A DNA stretch of 64,000 nucleotides from an uncultured delta proteobacterium (GTDB lineage Bacteria; Myxococcota; Myxococcia; Myxococcales; Anaeromyxobacteraceae). The notes below the pieces were generated by a model. That model searched no databases and had not been told where the DNA came from. It saw only the letters and a list, made by a program, of their open reading frames with translations. Position numbers and translations under genes: made by a program. The stretch lies in contig CAWHDZ010000018.1 of the NCBI GenBank assembly GCA_963828255.1, positions 1-64,000 of the forward strand, in the 5' to 3' direction. Positions 1-11,302 of the stretch are shown here, one piece after another. Positions within the stretch are counted from its first letter, which is position 1. Every line of letters starts with the position of its first letter.

Positions 1-2718
1 GGCCCCCTCGATGCGCTGGACGCAGTAGGTGCACTTCTCCATGACGCCGCGGGAACGCACGGTGACGTCGGGGTTGAAGAGCAGCGTCTGGACGTCGGGG
101 ACCTCCGGGCGCCAGTTGAGGAAGTTGAAGCGTCGCACCTTGTACGGGCAGTTGTTGGAGCAGTACCGGGTCCCGACGCACCGGTTGTAGGCCATCTCGT
201 TCAACCCCTCCTCGGAGTGGACGGTGGCGTTCACCGGGCAGACGTACTCGCAGGGCGCGGTCTCGCAGTGCTGGCACATCACCGGCTGGGTGATGGTCTC
301 GGGGTTCGCGACCGGGCCGGAGAAGTAACGGTCGGTGCGGATCCAGTGCATGATCCGCCCCTTGGCCACCTGCTCCTTGCCGACGGTGGCGATGTTGTTC
401 TCCTCCTGGCAGGCGATGACGCAGGCGTTGCAGCCGGTGCAGCGCGACAGGTCCACCGACATGCCCCAGGAGTACTCCTGCTTCGAGTAGTCCACCGGGA
501 CCTGGGCGGTGGCGGGCAGGCCGTGCAGGTGGTCGAGCTCGGCGCGCCCCGCGGGGGTGGCCCACTCCTTCGTGCTGAAGTCGAGCGCCAGCGGGCGCCC
601 CTCCATGGAGAAGTGCCCCTGGGCGACGGCGAACTTGTGCTTGCCCTTGCCGGCGGTGACGGTCAGTCCGGGCGCGAACCAGGCGCCGGCCTCGCGGAGC
701 CGGTAGGCGTCCACGCCCACGCCCTTCGAGACCGCCGACCCGTCGGTGCGGCCGTAGCCGATGGAGAGCGTCACCGCGTCGTCGGCGTGTCCCGGCATGA
801 CCATGACCGGCGCCTGGACGCTGCGGCTGCCCAGCGCCAGCGTGACCACCTGCCCGCCCTCGACGCCGAGCCGCTTCGCGGTGGCGTCGGAGAGGTAGGC
901 GGCGTTGTCCCAGCTCACCTTGGTGATGGGGTCGGGGAGCTCCTGGAGCCAGGCGTTCCCGGCGAACCGGCCGTCGAAGAGGCCGTAGGAGGGCGCCAGC
1001 GCGAGCTCGATCCCCTCCCCCTTCGCGCCGGGCATGCGCCCCAGGGCCGAGGCCACGGCGGCGAGATCCACGGGCGCGGACTCGGCAGGCTCGGCGGTCC
1101 CGGGGATGACACCCTCGCGGAGCCAGCCTTCCCAGCGCGCCTCGAACGCCGCCGGGTCGAGGGCGTTGCGGGCGGCCCAGTGGGCCTTCACGTGGCGCAG
1201 GGCGCCGCGGTCGCCGGCGTCGAGGAAGGCGGCCAGCAGGTCGATGGCGGTCGTGCTCTCGTAGAGCGGCGCGATGAGCGGCTGCACCAGCGAGGCCACG
1301 CCGTCGCGGGAGCGGGCGTCGCCCCAGCTCTCGAAGGGGTGGCTCGAGGCGAGCCTCCAGCTGCAGCGGCGCGAGGTCTCGTCCTCGCGAAGGGAGAGGT
1401 AGAGGGCGTTGGGGACCCTGGCGAGCAGTGCGCCCAGGTCGAGACCGGCCGGGGCGGCGTGGACCGGGTTCCAGGCGGTGATCACCAGGGTGTCGAGCTT
1501 GCCCCCATCGATCTCGCGGGCCAGCGCCGGAAGCGCGGCCGACGAGGGGGCCGCGTCCCCGAGGACCGGGCGCCCGTGACGGACTGTCACGCCCACGTTG
1601 CCCAGCGCGGCGTTCATGGCGTGGACCAGCGCGTGGACGGCCGGTGGCTGGCGCAGGCCGGCCAGCACGACCGAGCGGCCGCGGTGGGCGGCGAGGTCGG
1701 CCGCCACGGCCCGGGCGGCGCGGGTGAGCTCGGGGGAGAGCACCGGCGCGCCCGGAACCACGCCGAGCTGGACGGCCACGGCGCGGGCGAAGGACGCCAC
1801 CTCGCCGCCCTTCATCCGGAAGCGATGGTCGGCGTTCGCGCCGGTGAGCGACATGGCGGGCTCGGCGACGTAGAGGCGGCTCATCTCCGCCCCGGGCTCC
1901 CGGTGGCGAGCGAACTCGCGGGTCAGGCGCAGCGACTCACCCTGCCCGGAGAGGAAGTCGGCGTCGAGGGAGAGGATGGCGCGGGCCGGATCGAGGCTCA
2001 CGCGCACCTCGAGGGGGCGCCCGAAGGCGATGCGGGCCCCCTCGGTGGCGTTCTCCTCGGTGACCGGCGCCCAGACGTGGATGCGGGCCCTGGGGAATCG
2101 GGCCGCGAGCCTGCGGCGCAGCTCGGCCTGGGTGGGCGAGGCGTCGGGAGCGAGCAGGAAGGCGAGGTGCGCGCCGCCGTCGGCCTCGTGCTCCCTGGCC
2201 AGCTTCTGGATCTCGGCGAGGAGCCCCCGCCAGGAGAGCGCGTTCCCGGCCCGCCAGTACCCCTTGGCGCGCTCCGGGTCGTAGAGGTCGAGGAGCGTTC
2301 CCTGGTCCCAGGTGGACGCGGCGCCCTGGCTGGTGGGGTGGGCCGGGTTCCCCTCCACCTTCACCGGCCGTCCGTCGGCGCTGCCCACGAGGACCCCGGT
2401 GGCGTACCCGTCGAGGGAGAGCGCGGTGGCGTAGTGGAACCGCTTGCCGGGGCGGTTCTCGACCGGCTCGAGGACGTAGGGGACGATCTTCTCGCGCGGC
2501 GGCTGGCAGGCGGCCAGGCCGGACAGCGCGGCGGACGCCCCCAGGATCTGCATGAAGGAGCGGCGCGACAGCTCCGGCGGGACCTCGGCCGCGCCGGCGG
2601 CGAACTCCCCGCGCCCGGCGGCGGCCCGGGCCTCGAGCTCCTCGACGCTCTGCCAGAGCGAGCGGTGCCCGGGGGGGCGGGGCCCGGCGTGGTCCTGGAT
2701 GACCGGCAGTGATTTCAT
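1..2718 (-). CDS. actB: Alternative complex III subunit ActB (molybdopterin-oxidoreductase-like + 4Fe-4S domains), runs off the left edge
   Basis: Not in the ORF track because its stop lies outside the window. Hand translation from ATG 2718 (overlaps actA stop) gives MKSLPVIQ...LWQSVEEL...SRRSFMQILGASAALSGLAACQPPREKIVPYV (twin-arginine). Near the left edge are Fe-S motifs CTGCNACVIAC, CQHCETAPC, CVGTRYCSNNCPYK and MEKCTYCVQR. Confidence 0.92.
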   Translation of the reverse strand, partial: MKSLPVIQDHAGPRPPGHRSLWQSVEELEARAAAGRGEFAAGAAEVPPELSRRSFMQILGASAALSGLAACQPPREKIVPYVLEPVENRPGKRFHYATALSLDGYATGVLVGSADGRPVKVEGNPAHPTSQGAASTWDQGTLLDLYDPERAKGYWRAGNALSWRGLLAEIQKLAREHEADGGAHLAFLLAPDASPTQAELRRRLAARFPRARIHVWAPVTEENATEGARIAFGRPLEVRVSLDPARAILSLDADFLSGQGESLRLTREFARHREPGAEMSRLYVAEPAMSLTGANADHRFRMKGGEVASFARAVAVQLGVVPGAPVLSPELTRAARAVAADLAAHRGRSVVLAGLRQPPAVHALVHAMNAALGNVGVTVRHGRPVLGDAAPSSAALPALAREIDGGKLDTLVITAWNPVHAAPAGLDLGALLARVPNALYLSLREDETSRRCSWRLASSHPFESWGDARSRDGVASLVQPLIAPLYESTTAIDLLAAFLDAGDRGALRHVKAHWAARNALDPAAFEARWEGWLREGVIPGTAEPAESAPVDLAAVASALGRMPGAKGEGIELALAPSYGLFDGRFAGNAWLQELPDPITKVSWDNAAYLSDATAKRLGVEGGQVVTLALGSRSVQAPVMVMPGHADDAVTLSIGYGRTDGSAVSKGVGVDAYRLREAGAWFAPGLTVTAGKGKHKFAVAQGHFSMEGRPLALDFSTKEWATPAGRAELDHLHGLPATAQVPVDYSKQEYSWGMSVDLSRCTGCNACVIACQEENNIATVGKEQVAKGRIMHWIRTDRYFSGPVANPETITQPVMCQHCETAPCEYVCPVNATVHSEEGLNEMAYNRCVGTRYCSNNCPYKVRRFNFLNWRPEVPDVQTLLFNPDVTVRSRGVMEKCTYCVQRIEGA

Positions 2719-3374
2719 CGGTGGCATGTCGTGCAGCTCACGCGGGAGTTGACGTCGTAGGACTTCATGAGATCGATGGCGAGGAGCCGGGCCGCGGCCG
2801 GGTCGGCGGGAGGCTGCCAGGTCATGCTGGTGATCTGGTCCTGCGGGCGGAGGTTGGGCGCCGGGTTGCGGTGGCACTCCAGGCACCAGCTCATCTGCAG
2901 CGAGGCCACCTTGGTGATGGCCGCCATCTGGTCCACGCGCCCGTGGCAGGTGGCGCAGCCGATCCCCTTGCTCACGTGGATCGAGTGGTTGAAGTAGGTG
3001 AAGTCGGGCAGCTGGTGGACCCGGTTCCACTCGATGGGGGCGCCGGTGAAGTAGCTGCGGCGCACCGGCTCGAGCTTGGGGCTCTTGTTCCAGATCTGGG
3101 AGTGGCAGTTGAGGCACATCTCGGTGGAGGGCACGCCGGCCGAGGCGCCCCGCTCCACGTTGAAGTGGCAGTACCGGCAGTCGATGAGGTCGTCCACGAC
3201 GTGGTGCCGGTGGTCGAAGAGCACCGGCTGGGCGATCTCCTCCTGCAGCCCCTGGGCGTAGGGCGTCCGGAAGTAGCCCCACAGTCCGAGGAGGCCTCCG
3301 CCGAGGACGGTGGCCACTGCGACGAGCGAGAAACGGGCGATGAAGTTCGCGGAAGGCTTGAAGAGTGCGCTCAT
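2715..3374 (-). CDS. actA: Alternative complex III pentaheme cytochrome c ActA
   Basis: N-terminal TM helix and five CxxCH motifs (CRYCH, CLNCH, CATCH, CLECH, CTTCH); directly upstream of actB. Confidence 0.92.
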   Translation of the reverse strand: MSALFKPSANFIARFSLVAVATVLGGGLLGLWGYFRTPYAQGLQEEIAQPVLFDHRHHVVDDLIDCRYCHFNVERGASAGVPSTEMCLNCHSQIWNKSPKLEPVRRSYFTGAPIEWNRVHQLPDFTYFNHSIHVSKGIGCATCHGRVDQMAAITKVASLQMSWCLECHRNPAPNLRPQDQITSMTWQPPADPAAARLLAIDLMKSYDVNSRVSCTTCHR

Positions 3375-3479
3375 TCCTGCACGGGCCTCCCTGGAGCGTG
3401 AGCGGTCATCTCGTCGTCGGTTCGGCGGGGGTGGGACAGTATGTCGAGTGGTCCGGTCTACTATCGAACGGCACCCTTT

Positions 3480-3493
3480 TTGATATGGGTCAA
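3480..3493. promoter_or_regulatory. FNR/CRP-family box upstream of the act operon
   Basis: TTGAT-atgg-GTCAA, one mismatch to TTGAT-N4-ATCAA, flanked by TTT/AA, in an AT-rich divergent intergenic region. Confidence 0.6.
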
Positions 3494-3637
3494 AACACTT
3501 TGAAACACCCTTTTGGGTGTGGCGAGCGTCCCAGATGGGTCTGGGTCGGAATAAACCCCTATAGATCCTTGGGAATCATGGGGAAAGGAGGTCTTCGCTT
3601 GTCGGGTCGGCCACCCTGCTCTAATGATTCCACCCTC

Positions 3638-4477
3638 GTGACGGAGCGCGACACCCAGACCGACGAGCAGCTCGTGGACGGGGCCCGCGGCGGCGATCGG
3701 GCCTCGCTGGAGCGCCTGCTCGAGCGGCACGAGCGACGGGTCTACCGCTTCGGCCTGAAGATGTGCCGCGACCCCGAGGCTGCCAAGGACGTCCTCCAGG
3801 AGACCCTCATCGCCGCCGCACGGACGGTGAAGGACTTCCGGGGCGCCTCCTCCCCGTCCACCTGGCTCTACGCCATCGCCCGGAGCTTCTGCATCAAGCA
3901 GCGGCGCCGCTCCAAGTTCGCTCCCGAGCACGAGGAGTCGCTCGACGCCGACGGGACGGGACGCGAGGTGCGCGAGATCGCCGACCCGGGGCGCGCTCCC
4001 GACGAGGCCCTCTCGGGCAAGCAGGTGGAGGGGGCGCTGGAGCGGGCCATCGCGTCGCTCGAGCCGATGTACCGGGAGGTCCTGCTCCTCCGCGACGTGG
4101 AGGGGCTCTCGGCGGCGGAGGTGGCCGAGGCGGTGGGGGCCAGCGTGGAGGCGGTGAAGAGCCGCCTGCACCGGGCGCGCCTCGTGGTGCGGGAGCAGGT
4201 GGCGCCGTTCCTCTCCACCGAGCCGGCGTCCCCGATCTCGGAGGCCTGCCCGGAGGTGGTCACCCTCTTCTCGCGCCACCTGGAGGGGGAGATCTCGGCC
4301 CCGGTCTGCGAGGAGATGGAGCGCCACCTGGCCGGCTGCGCGCGCTGCACGGAGCGCTGTGCGACGCTGCAGCAGACGCTCGCCTCCTGCGCGCGGACGC
4401 CGCTGCCCGAGGTCCCCGCGCCGGTGCAGGGCGAGGTGCGGCGCGCGCTGCGGCAGTTCCTGCAGCGGGCCACCTGA
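3638..4477 (+). CDS. ECF sigma-70 factor with fused C-terminal zinc-binding anti-sigma (zf-HC2/ZAS)-like domain
   Basis: Region 2 (DVLQETLI, STWLYAIAR) and region 4 (REVLLLRDVEGLSAAEVA...VKSRLHRAR), followed by C..V..LFSRHLEGEI...HLAGCARC. GTG 3638 chosen as start; the 5' part of the listed ORF is promoter DNA. Confidence 0.85.
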   Translation: MTERDTQTDEQLVDGARGGDRASLERLLERHERRVYRFGLKMCRDPEAAKDVLQETLIAAARTVKDFRGASSPSTWLYAIARSFCIKQRRRSKFAPEHEESLDADGTGREVREIADPGRAPDEALSGKQVEGALERAIASLEPMYREVLLLRDVEGLSAAEVAEAVGASVEAVKSRLHRARLVVREQVAPFLSTEPASPISEACPEVVTLFSRHLEGEISAPVCEEMERHLAGCARCTERCATLQQTLASCARTPLPEVPAPVQGEVRRALRQFLQRAT

Positions 4478-4520
4478 GCGGCGCTCGCCCCCGGGCGGCG
4501 GGGCACCGTACACTCCGGAC

Positions 4521-5210
4521 GTGGCCATCTTCCGCCTCCCCCGCGAGCCGATCTTCCCCGACCCGGAGCTGGCCGAGCCGGACGGGCTGCTCGCCGTGGG
4601 CGGCGACCTTTCGCCGGAGCGGCTGCTTCGCGCCTACGCCGAGGGGATCTTCCCCTGGTACGCGGACGATACCCCCGTCCTCTGGTGGTCCCCCGAACCC
4701 AGGATGATCCTTCTGCCGGAGGAGCTGCACGTCCCGCGGTCGCTCTCGCGGACGCTGCGATCCGGGCGCTACCGGATCCGCTCCGACACCGCCTTCGGCG
4801 AGGTGATCCGGCGCTGCGCGGAGAAGGACCGGCCGGGCCAGGCCGGCACCTGGATCACCGGGGAGATGGTGGAGGCCTACGAGCGGCTCCACGCGCTCGG
4901 GCACGCCCACTCGTTCGAGGCCTGGGACGACGAGGGGCTCGCCGGAGGCTTCTACGGCGTGTCGCTCGGCGCCGCCTTCTTCGGCGAGTCCATGTACGCC
5001 GACCGCCCCGACGCGTCGAAGGCGGCCTTCGCCACCGCCGTCGCCTGGATGCACGCGCGCGGGTTCGAGATCGTCGACTGCCAGGTGGACACGGAGCACC
5101 TGAGGCGATTCGGGGCGCGGGAGATCCCGAGGGCCGAGTTCCTGGCGAGGGTGCGGAACGCGCTGGCGACGGCGGGGACGAGGGGGCCGTGGCGCATCGA
5201 GGACGGGTGA
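4521..5210 (+). CDS. aat: Leucyl/phenylalanyl-tRNA--protein transferase
   Basis: FPDPELAEPDGLLAVGGDLSPERLLRAYAEGIFPWY, WWSPEPR, FFGESM, DASKAAF, DCQVDTEHL. Confidence 0.95.
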   Translation: MAIFRLPREPIFPDPELAEPDGLLAVGGDLSPERLLRAYAEGIFPWYADDTPVLWWSPEPRMILLPEELHVPRSLSRTLRSGRYRIRSDTAFGEVIRRCAEKDRPGQAGTWITGEMVEAYERLHALGHAHSFEAWDDEGLAGGFYGVSLGAAFFGESMYADRPDASKAAFATAVAWMHARGFEIVDCQVDTEHLRRFGAREIPRAEFLARVRNALATAGTRGPWRIEDG

Positions 5211-5221
5211 TGCTGTCCGGC

Positions 5222-5812
5222 GGATCGCCTTCGTTCCGTCAGGCCGGCTGCCGACGGACGCTGGGACGTCGCTCTCCGCTCCGCTGTCCTCGCGGGGAGT
5301 GTTCACTTTGAGTACATGGCGCCGGGTCACACCGGGCCAGAGCGTCGCCTGACCCCGGCGCCCGCTGCGGAGGCTTCGCTTTGATCGACGCCCGCGCCGT
5401 CTGAGACGGCCCAGGCCGAAGGCGACGCGAACAGCGCGCCTCGTGGTGGACTGCGGGTGGCGTCGCCTCGGGCGCAGCGGGCGCGATGCGGTCCGCTCTC
5501 CCCGGCCCCCGCCTTCGTCCCCGGCGTGGTCCCCACGAGAAGGAGACCCGCGACGCGCCGCCCGCGCGTGGCCACCCGCAGGTTGCCTCGAAGCAAGCTC
5601 GCCCGGGTCGCCTTCGGCCCGGGATGTCCCAGCCGGCGCGGGCGTCCCTCCTAGCGGCGCCTCCGCACCGGGCGCCGGGAACTGGCGATGCTCTGGCCCG
5701 GCGTGACCCGGCGCCACGAGAGCCGCGAACACCACCGCCGGGAGGACAAGCGCCGCGGAGAGGGGCGTCCCGGCGCCCGGCGGCAGACGTGATGACGGAA
5801 CGAAGGCGATCC
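5222..5812. repeat. ~590-bp imperfect palindrome (fold-back / MITE- or REPIN-like element)
   Basis: 5222-5241 is the exact reverse complement of 5793-5812. 5317-5349 pairs with 5684-5716 (2 mismatches) and 5451-5461 pairs with 5571-5581, all about one axis near 5517. Confidence 0.9.
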
Positions 5813-7764
5813 TACTGGCCGAGCGTCCTCTCCAGGAACGCCACGGTGGTCACGATGAGGTAGTCGCGGTTCTCCTTCTTCTGGAATCCGTGCCCCTCGT
5901 CGAGCGCCAGCAGGTACCAGGCCTCCTTGCCCTTCCCCTGAACGGCGGCCACGATCTGCTCGGCCTCGCTCTGCGGCACCCGCGGGTCGTTCTTCCCCTG
6001 GATGACGTAGAGCGCGGCGGTGATGTCCCCGACCTTGTTGAGCGGGGAGATCCGCTCCTGCACCGCGCGGACGGCGGGGTCGCGCTCGTCGCCGTACTCG
6101 GCCCGGCGCAGGTCCCTTCGGTACGGCGCGGTGGACTCGAGGAAGGTGGGGATGCTGGAGATGCCCACCACGTCCACGGCCGAGCGGATACGGGACGGGA
6201 AGAAGGCGGCGGTGGCGAGCACCATGTACCCTCCGTACGACCCGCCGAACACCCCGACGCGGGAGGCGTCCAGGTCGGAGCGGGTGGCGATCCAGTCGAG
6301 CGTGGCCCCGATGTCGCCGAGCGCCTCCTCCCGCTTCACCCCGTCGTCCATGGCCAGGAAGGCCTTTCCGTACCCGTCGGAACCCCGGACGTTGGGGATG
6401 AGGACGGCCACGCCCCCCTGCACGAGCAGCTGCGCGATGGGCTGGAACGTGGGGCGCTCCTGCGCCTCCGGCCCGCCGTGCCAGGAGACGACGACGGGAT
6501 GCTTCCCCTTCCCCGGCGGGACGTAGAGCCACGCGGGGATGGAGGTCCCGTCCTTCGCCGGGAAGCGCACCAGCGTGGGCTCGGCGAGCGTGGACGGGTC
6601 GATCCCGCCCATCTCCGACCACGTCCAGCGCAAGAGCCCCTTCTTGCCCGGGGTGGCCTGCCAGACGTCGCCGGGGGAGCGCGGCGTGGTGAGCCCGAGG
6701 AAGAGCGTCCCGGGCTTCGAGGCCGGGAACTTGAGGCCGCCGGCCACTCCGGCGGGCAGCTCGCCGGAGGTGAGCTTCCCGCTGCGCGGCTCGAGGAAGT
6801 AGAGCCGGCTGGCCCCGTCCGCATTCACCGTAAGTGCAATCCGGGACCCGTCCCGCGCCACCGCGATCCCCTCGACGTTCCAGCGCAGCGTCCGGGTGAG
6901 CGGCCGGAGCGTGCCAGCCGGGTCGGAGAGGTCGATCCGGCAGAGCTCGCTGAAGTCGCCCTCCCGATCGGTGACCAGGTAGACCGACCTTCCGTCGGCG
7001 GAGAAGCGGGCCGCTCCCACCGAGCCCTTTCCCGTGGTGGGCGTCAGCGCGCGCCGGCTCCCGCTGGCCACGTCCACGAGGAACAGGTCGGAGTCGGAGA
7101 TGGAGCGGTACCGGCGGACCAGGAGCTGCGCGCCGTCGCGGGAGAAGTCGAGCGGCTGCCACGTCCCCTCGGCCTCGAAGACGCGCCGGGCCTCGCCGGG
7201 GCGTGCCGTGTCGGCGACGTAGACGTCGGTGTCCTTTCCGTTCCTGCCGGTGCCGTCGTAGGCCAGGCGGCGACCGTCGGGGGAGAGGACGAGCGCGTCG
7301 TGCCGGCTCTTGCCGTCGGTGAGCAGGTCGGTCCGGCCGGTCCTGCGGTCGAGCCGGTAGACCTGCCAGTTCTCCGAGCCGCCCACGTCCCGCCGGAAGT
7401 AGACCACCATCGGGTCGCCGGGCTGGAAGGCGCCGGAGGTCACCGGCTCCTTGCCGAACGTGATCTGGGTCCGCGCCCCCATGGCCCCATCCACCACGTG
7501 CAGCTGCATGGTCTGGCCGAAGCGGGTGGTGATCAAGATGGAGCCGCCGCTCGACGAGACGTCGAGCAGCCGGGCCGAGCGGGCTTCGAGCAGCTGCTCG
7601 GCCCGCTGCCAGAGCCGCTCCGGGACCGGGGCGACGCCGGTCTGCAGGAGGTTGGGGCGGCCCGGGACGGCGGCCATGCCGGGGATCCCGGTGGGCGGCG
7701 CGGTCGGGGTGGGAGCCGGCGACTGCGCGGCGAGGAGTGCGATGGCGAGGGAGAGGATCTTCAT
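5812..7764 (-). CDS. Secreted S9 family (prolyl oligopeptidase-like) peptidase with beta-propeller
   Basis: Signal peptide MKILSLAIALLAA, TolB/PD40-like repeats, HGGPE, GGSYGG nucleophile, NDPRVP, DEGHGF. Real start ATG 7764. Confidence 0.9.
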   Translation of the reverse strand: MKILSLAIALLAAQSPAPTPTAPPTGIPGMAAVPGRPNLLQTGVAPVPERLWQRAEQLLEARSARLLDVSSSGGSILITTRFGQTMQLHVVDGAMGARTQITFGKEPVTSGAFQPGDPMVVYFRRDVGGSENWQVYRLDRRTGRTDLLTDGKSRHDALVLSPDGRRLAYDGTGRNGKDTDVYVADTARPGEARRVFEAEGTWQPLDFSRDGAQLLVRRYRSISDSDLFLVDVASGSRRALTPTTGKGSVGAARFSADGRSVYLVTDREGDFSELCRIDLSDPAGTLRPLTRTLRWNVEGIAVARDGSRIALTVNADGASRLYFLEPRSGKLTSGELPAGVAGGLKFPASKPGTLFLGLTTPRSPGDVWQATPGKKGLLRWTWSEMGGIDPSTLAEPTLVRFPAKDGTSIPAWLYVPPGKGKHPVVVSWHGGPEAQERPTFQPIAQLLVQGGVAVLIPNVRGSDGYGKAFLAMDDGVKREEALGDIGATLDWIATRSDLDASRVGVFGGSYGGYMVLATAAFFPSRIRSAVDVVGISSIPTFLESTAPYRRDLRRAEYGDERDPAVRAVQERISPLNKVGDITAALYVIQGKNDPRVPQSEAEQIVAAVQGKGKEAWYLLALDEGHGFQKKENRDYLIVTTVAFLERTLGQ

Positions 7765-8627
7765 GGCGTGGGGAGCCTCGTGGCTGGCTGGGTCATGGCT
7801 TCGGAGATCTGCCACAGGCGGAGCGCGGTGTCTCCGTCTCGCGCCGCCCGGGAGGGAGCTTTCTCCCTGCAGGATGAGAAGTACCGGCCGCTGACGCCCT
7901 GGGTCGACGGCGACGTGGCGACGTGGATGGTGGTCCTCGCGCCCCTCTCCGGCGAGGCCAGGAACGGCGCGCCCACGGCGACGAGCTTGCCGAAGAAGCC
8001 GGGGTGGTCCCGCCCGAACCCGCTGGCGACGGCGCCGGGGTGGAGGGCGTTCGTGGTGATCTGGCTCTTGCCGAGGCGGCGGGCCAGCTCCCGCGTGAAG
8101 AGGACGTTGGCCAGCTTCGACTGGGAGTAGGCCTTCCACATCCCGTAGCGTCGCTCCCCCTGCAGGTCGTCGAAGTCGATCGACCCGCTCTCGTGCGCCA
8201 TCGAGGAGACGTTCACGACCCGCGCCCCGGGCGCCTCCCGGAGGAGCGGCAGGAGCTCGAGGGTGAGCTGGAAGTAGGCCAGGTGGTTCAGCGCCAGCGT
8301 CATCTCCACCCCGTCGGCCGAGAGCCTCCGCTCGGAAAAGATGGCGCCGGCGTTGTTGACGAGCAGGTCGAGCCGCCCGGTCCGGTCGTGGACGTCTCTG
8401 GCCAGGCGGCGGACCTCCTCGCTGGAGGAGAGGTCGGCGACCAGGACCTCGGCGGAGGCGCCCGTGGCGTCCCTGATCTCCCGGGCGGCGGCCGCGCCCC
8501 TGCCCGGGTCGCGGGCGACGATCAGGGTTCGCGCCCCCATCCGGGTGAATTCCCTGGCGGTCACCCGCCCGATCCCGTTCGTCGCGCCGGTGACGAGCGC
8601 CACCCGGCCGTCCATCGACCACTCCAT
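7761..8627 (-). CDS. Short-chain dehydrogenase/reductase (retinol dehydrogenase-like)
   Basis: TGATNGIG, NNAG, YSQSK, LHPG. ATG 8627 preceded by GGAGG. Confidence 0.9.
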   Translation of the reverse strand: MEWSMDGRVALVTGATNGIGRVTAREFTRMGARTLIVARDPGRGAAAAREIRDATGASAEVLVADLSSSEEVRRLARDVHDRTGRLDLLVNNAGAIFSERRLSADGVEMTLALNHLAYFQLTLELLPLLREAPGARVVNVSSMAHESGSIDFDDLQGERRYGMWKAYSQSKLANVLFTRELARRLGKSQITTNALHPGAVASGFGRDHPGFFGKLVAVGAPFLASPERGARTTIHVATSPSTQGVSGRYFSSCREKAPSRAARDGDTALRLWQISEAMTQPATRLPTP

Positions 8628-8687
8628 TCCACCTCCACCGGCCCGCCTGGGCACGGCACCGTCCGTCCTGGGCGTTAAGATAACCGG

Positions 8688-9011
8688 ATGCCAGAGCGGG
8701 GCCGCCCGGGAGGCGACACAGACACCGTCACCCGGACCCGGTCGGAGCCGAAGACGCGTCCGCCCCCCCTGTACAAGGTGCTGTTGCACAACGACGACTA
8801 CACGACCATGGAATTCGTCGTGCACGTGCTCGAGGAAGTCTTTGGTCACCCCTCCCCGGTGGCCATGACGATCATGCTCGCCATCCACCATCGCGGCGTG
8901 GGCGTGGCCGGGGTCTTCCCCTACGAGATCGCCGAGACCAAGGCGACAAAGGTGATGGAACTGGCGCGCGAGGCCGAGTATCCCCTTCTCTGTACGGTCG
9001 AACCCGAGTAG
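8688..9011 (+). CDS. clpS: ATP-dependent Clp protease adaptor ClpS
   Basis: PPLYKVLLHNDDYTTMEFVVHVL...EIAETK...YPLLCTVE. Confidence 0.96.
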   Translation: MPERGRPGGDTDTVTRTRSEPKTRPPPLYKVLLHNDDYTTMEFVVHVLEEVFGHPSPVAMTIMLAIHHRGVGVAGVFPYEIAETKATKVMELAREAEYPLLCTVEPE

Positions 9012-9022
9012 CAGGAGCGTCG

Positions 9023-11293
<2,271 letters not shown>

Positions 11294-11302
11294 CTGCCGC
11301 CG

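Noticed and set aside
217..2712. 831-aa plus-strand ORF
   Set aside because: Antisense shadow of actB, whose motifs are clear on the minus strand.
5222..5812. CRISPR array or protein-coding interpretation of the repeat region
   Set aside because: The repeats are inverted, not regularly spaced direct repeats; there are no cas genes; the ORFs here have no coding-like character.
5812..8622. Apparent long N-terminal extensions or fusions (S9 peptidase 936 aa, hrpB 1340 aa, helicase 1210 aa, uppS 574 aa, lysC 680 aa)
   Set aside because: The extensions are off-frame or antisense reads of neighbouring genes. The true starts are downstream.
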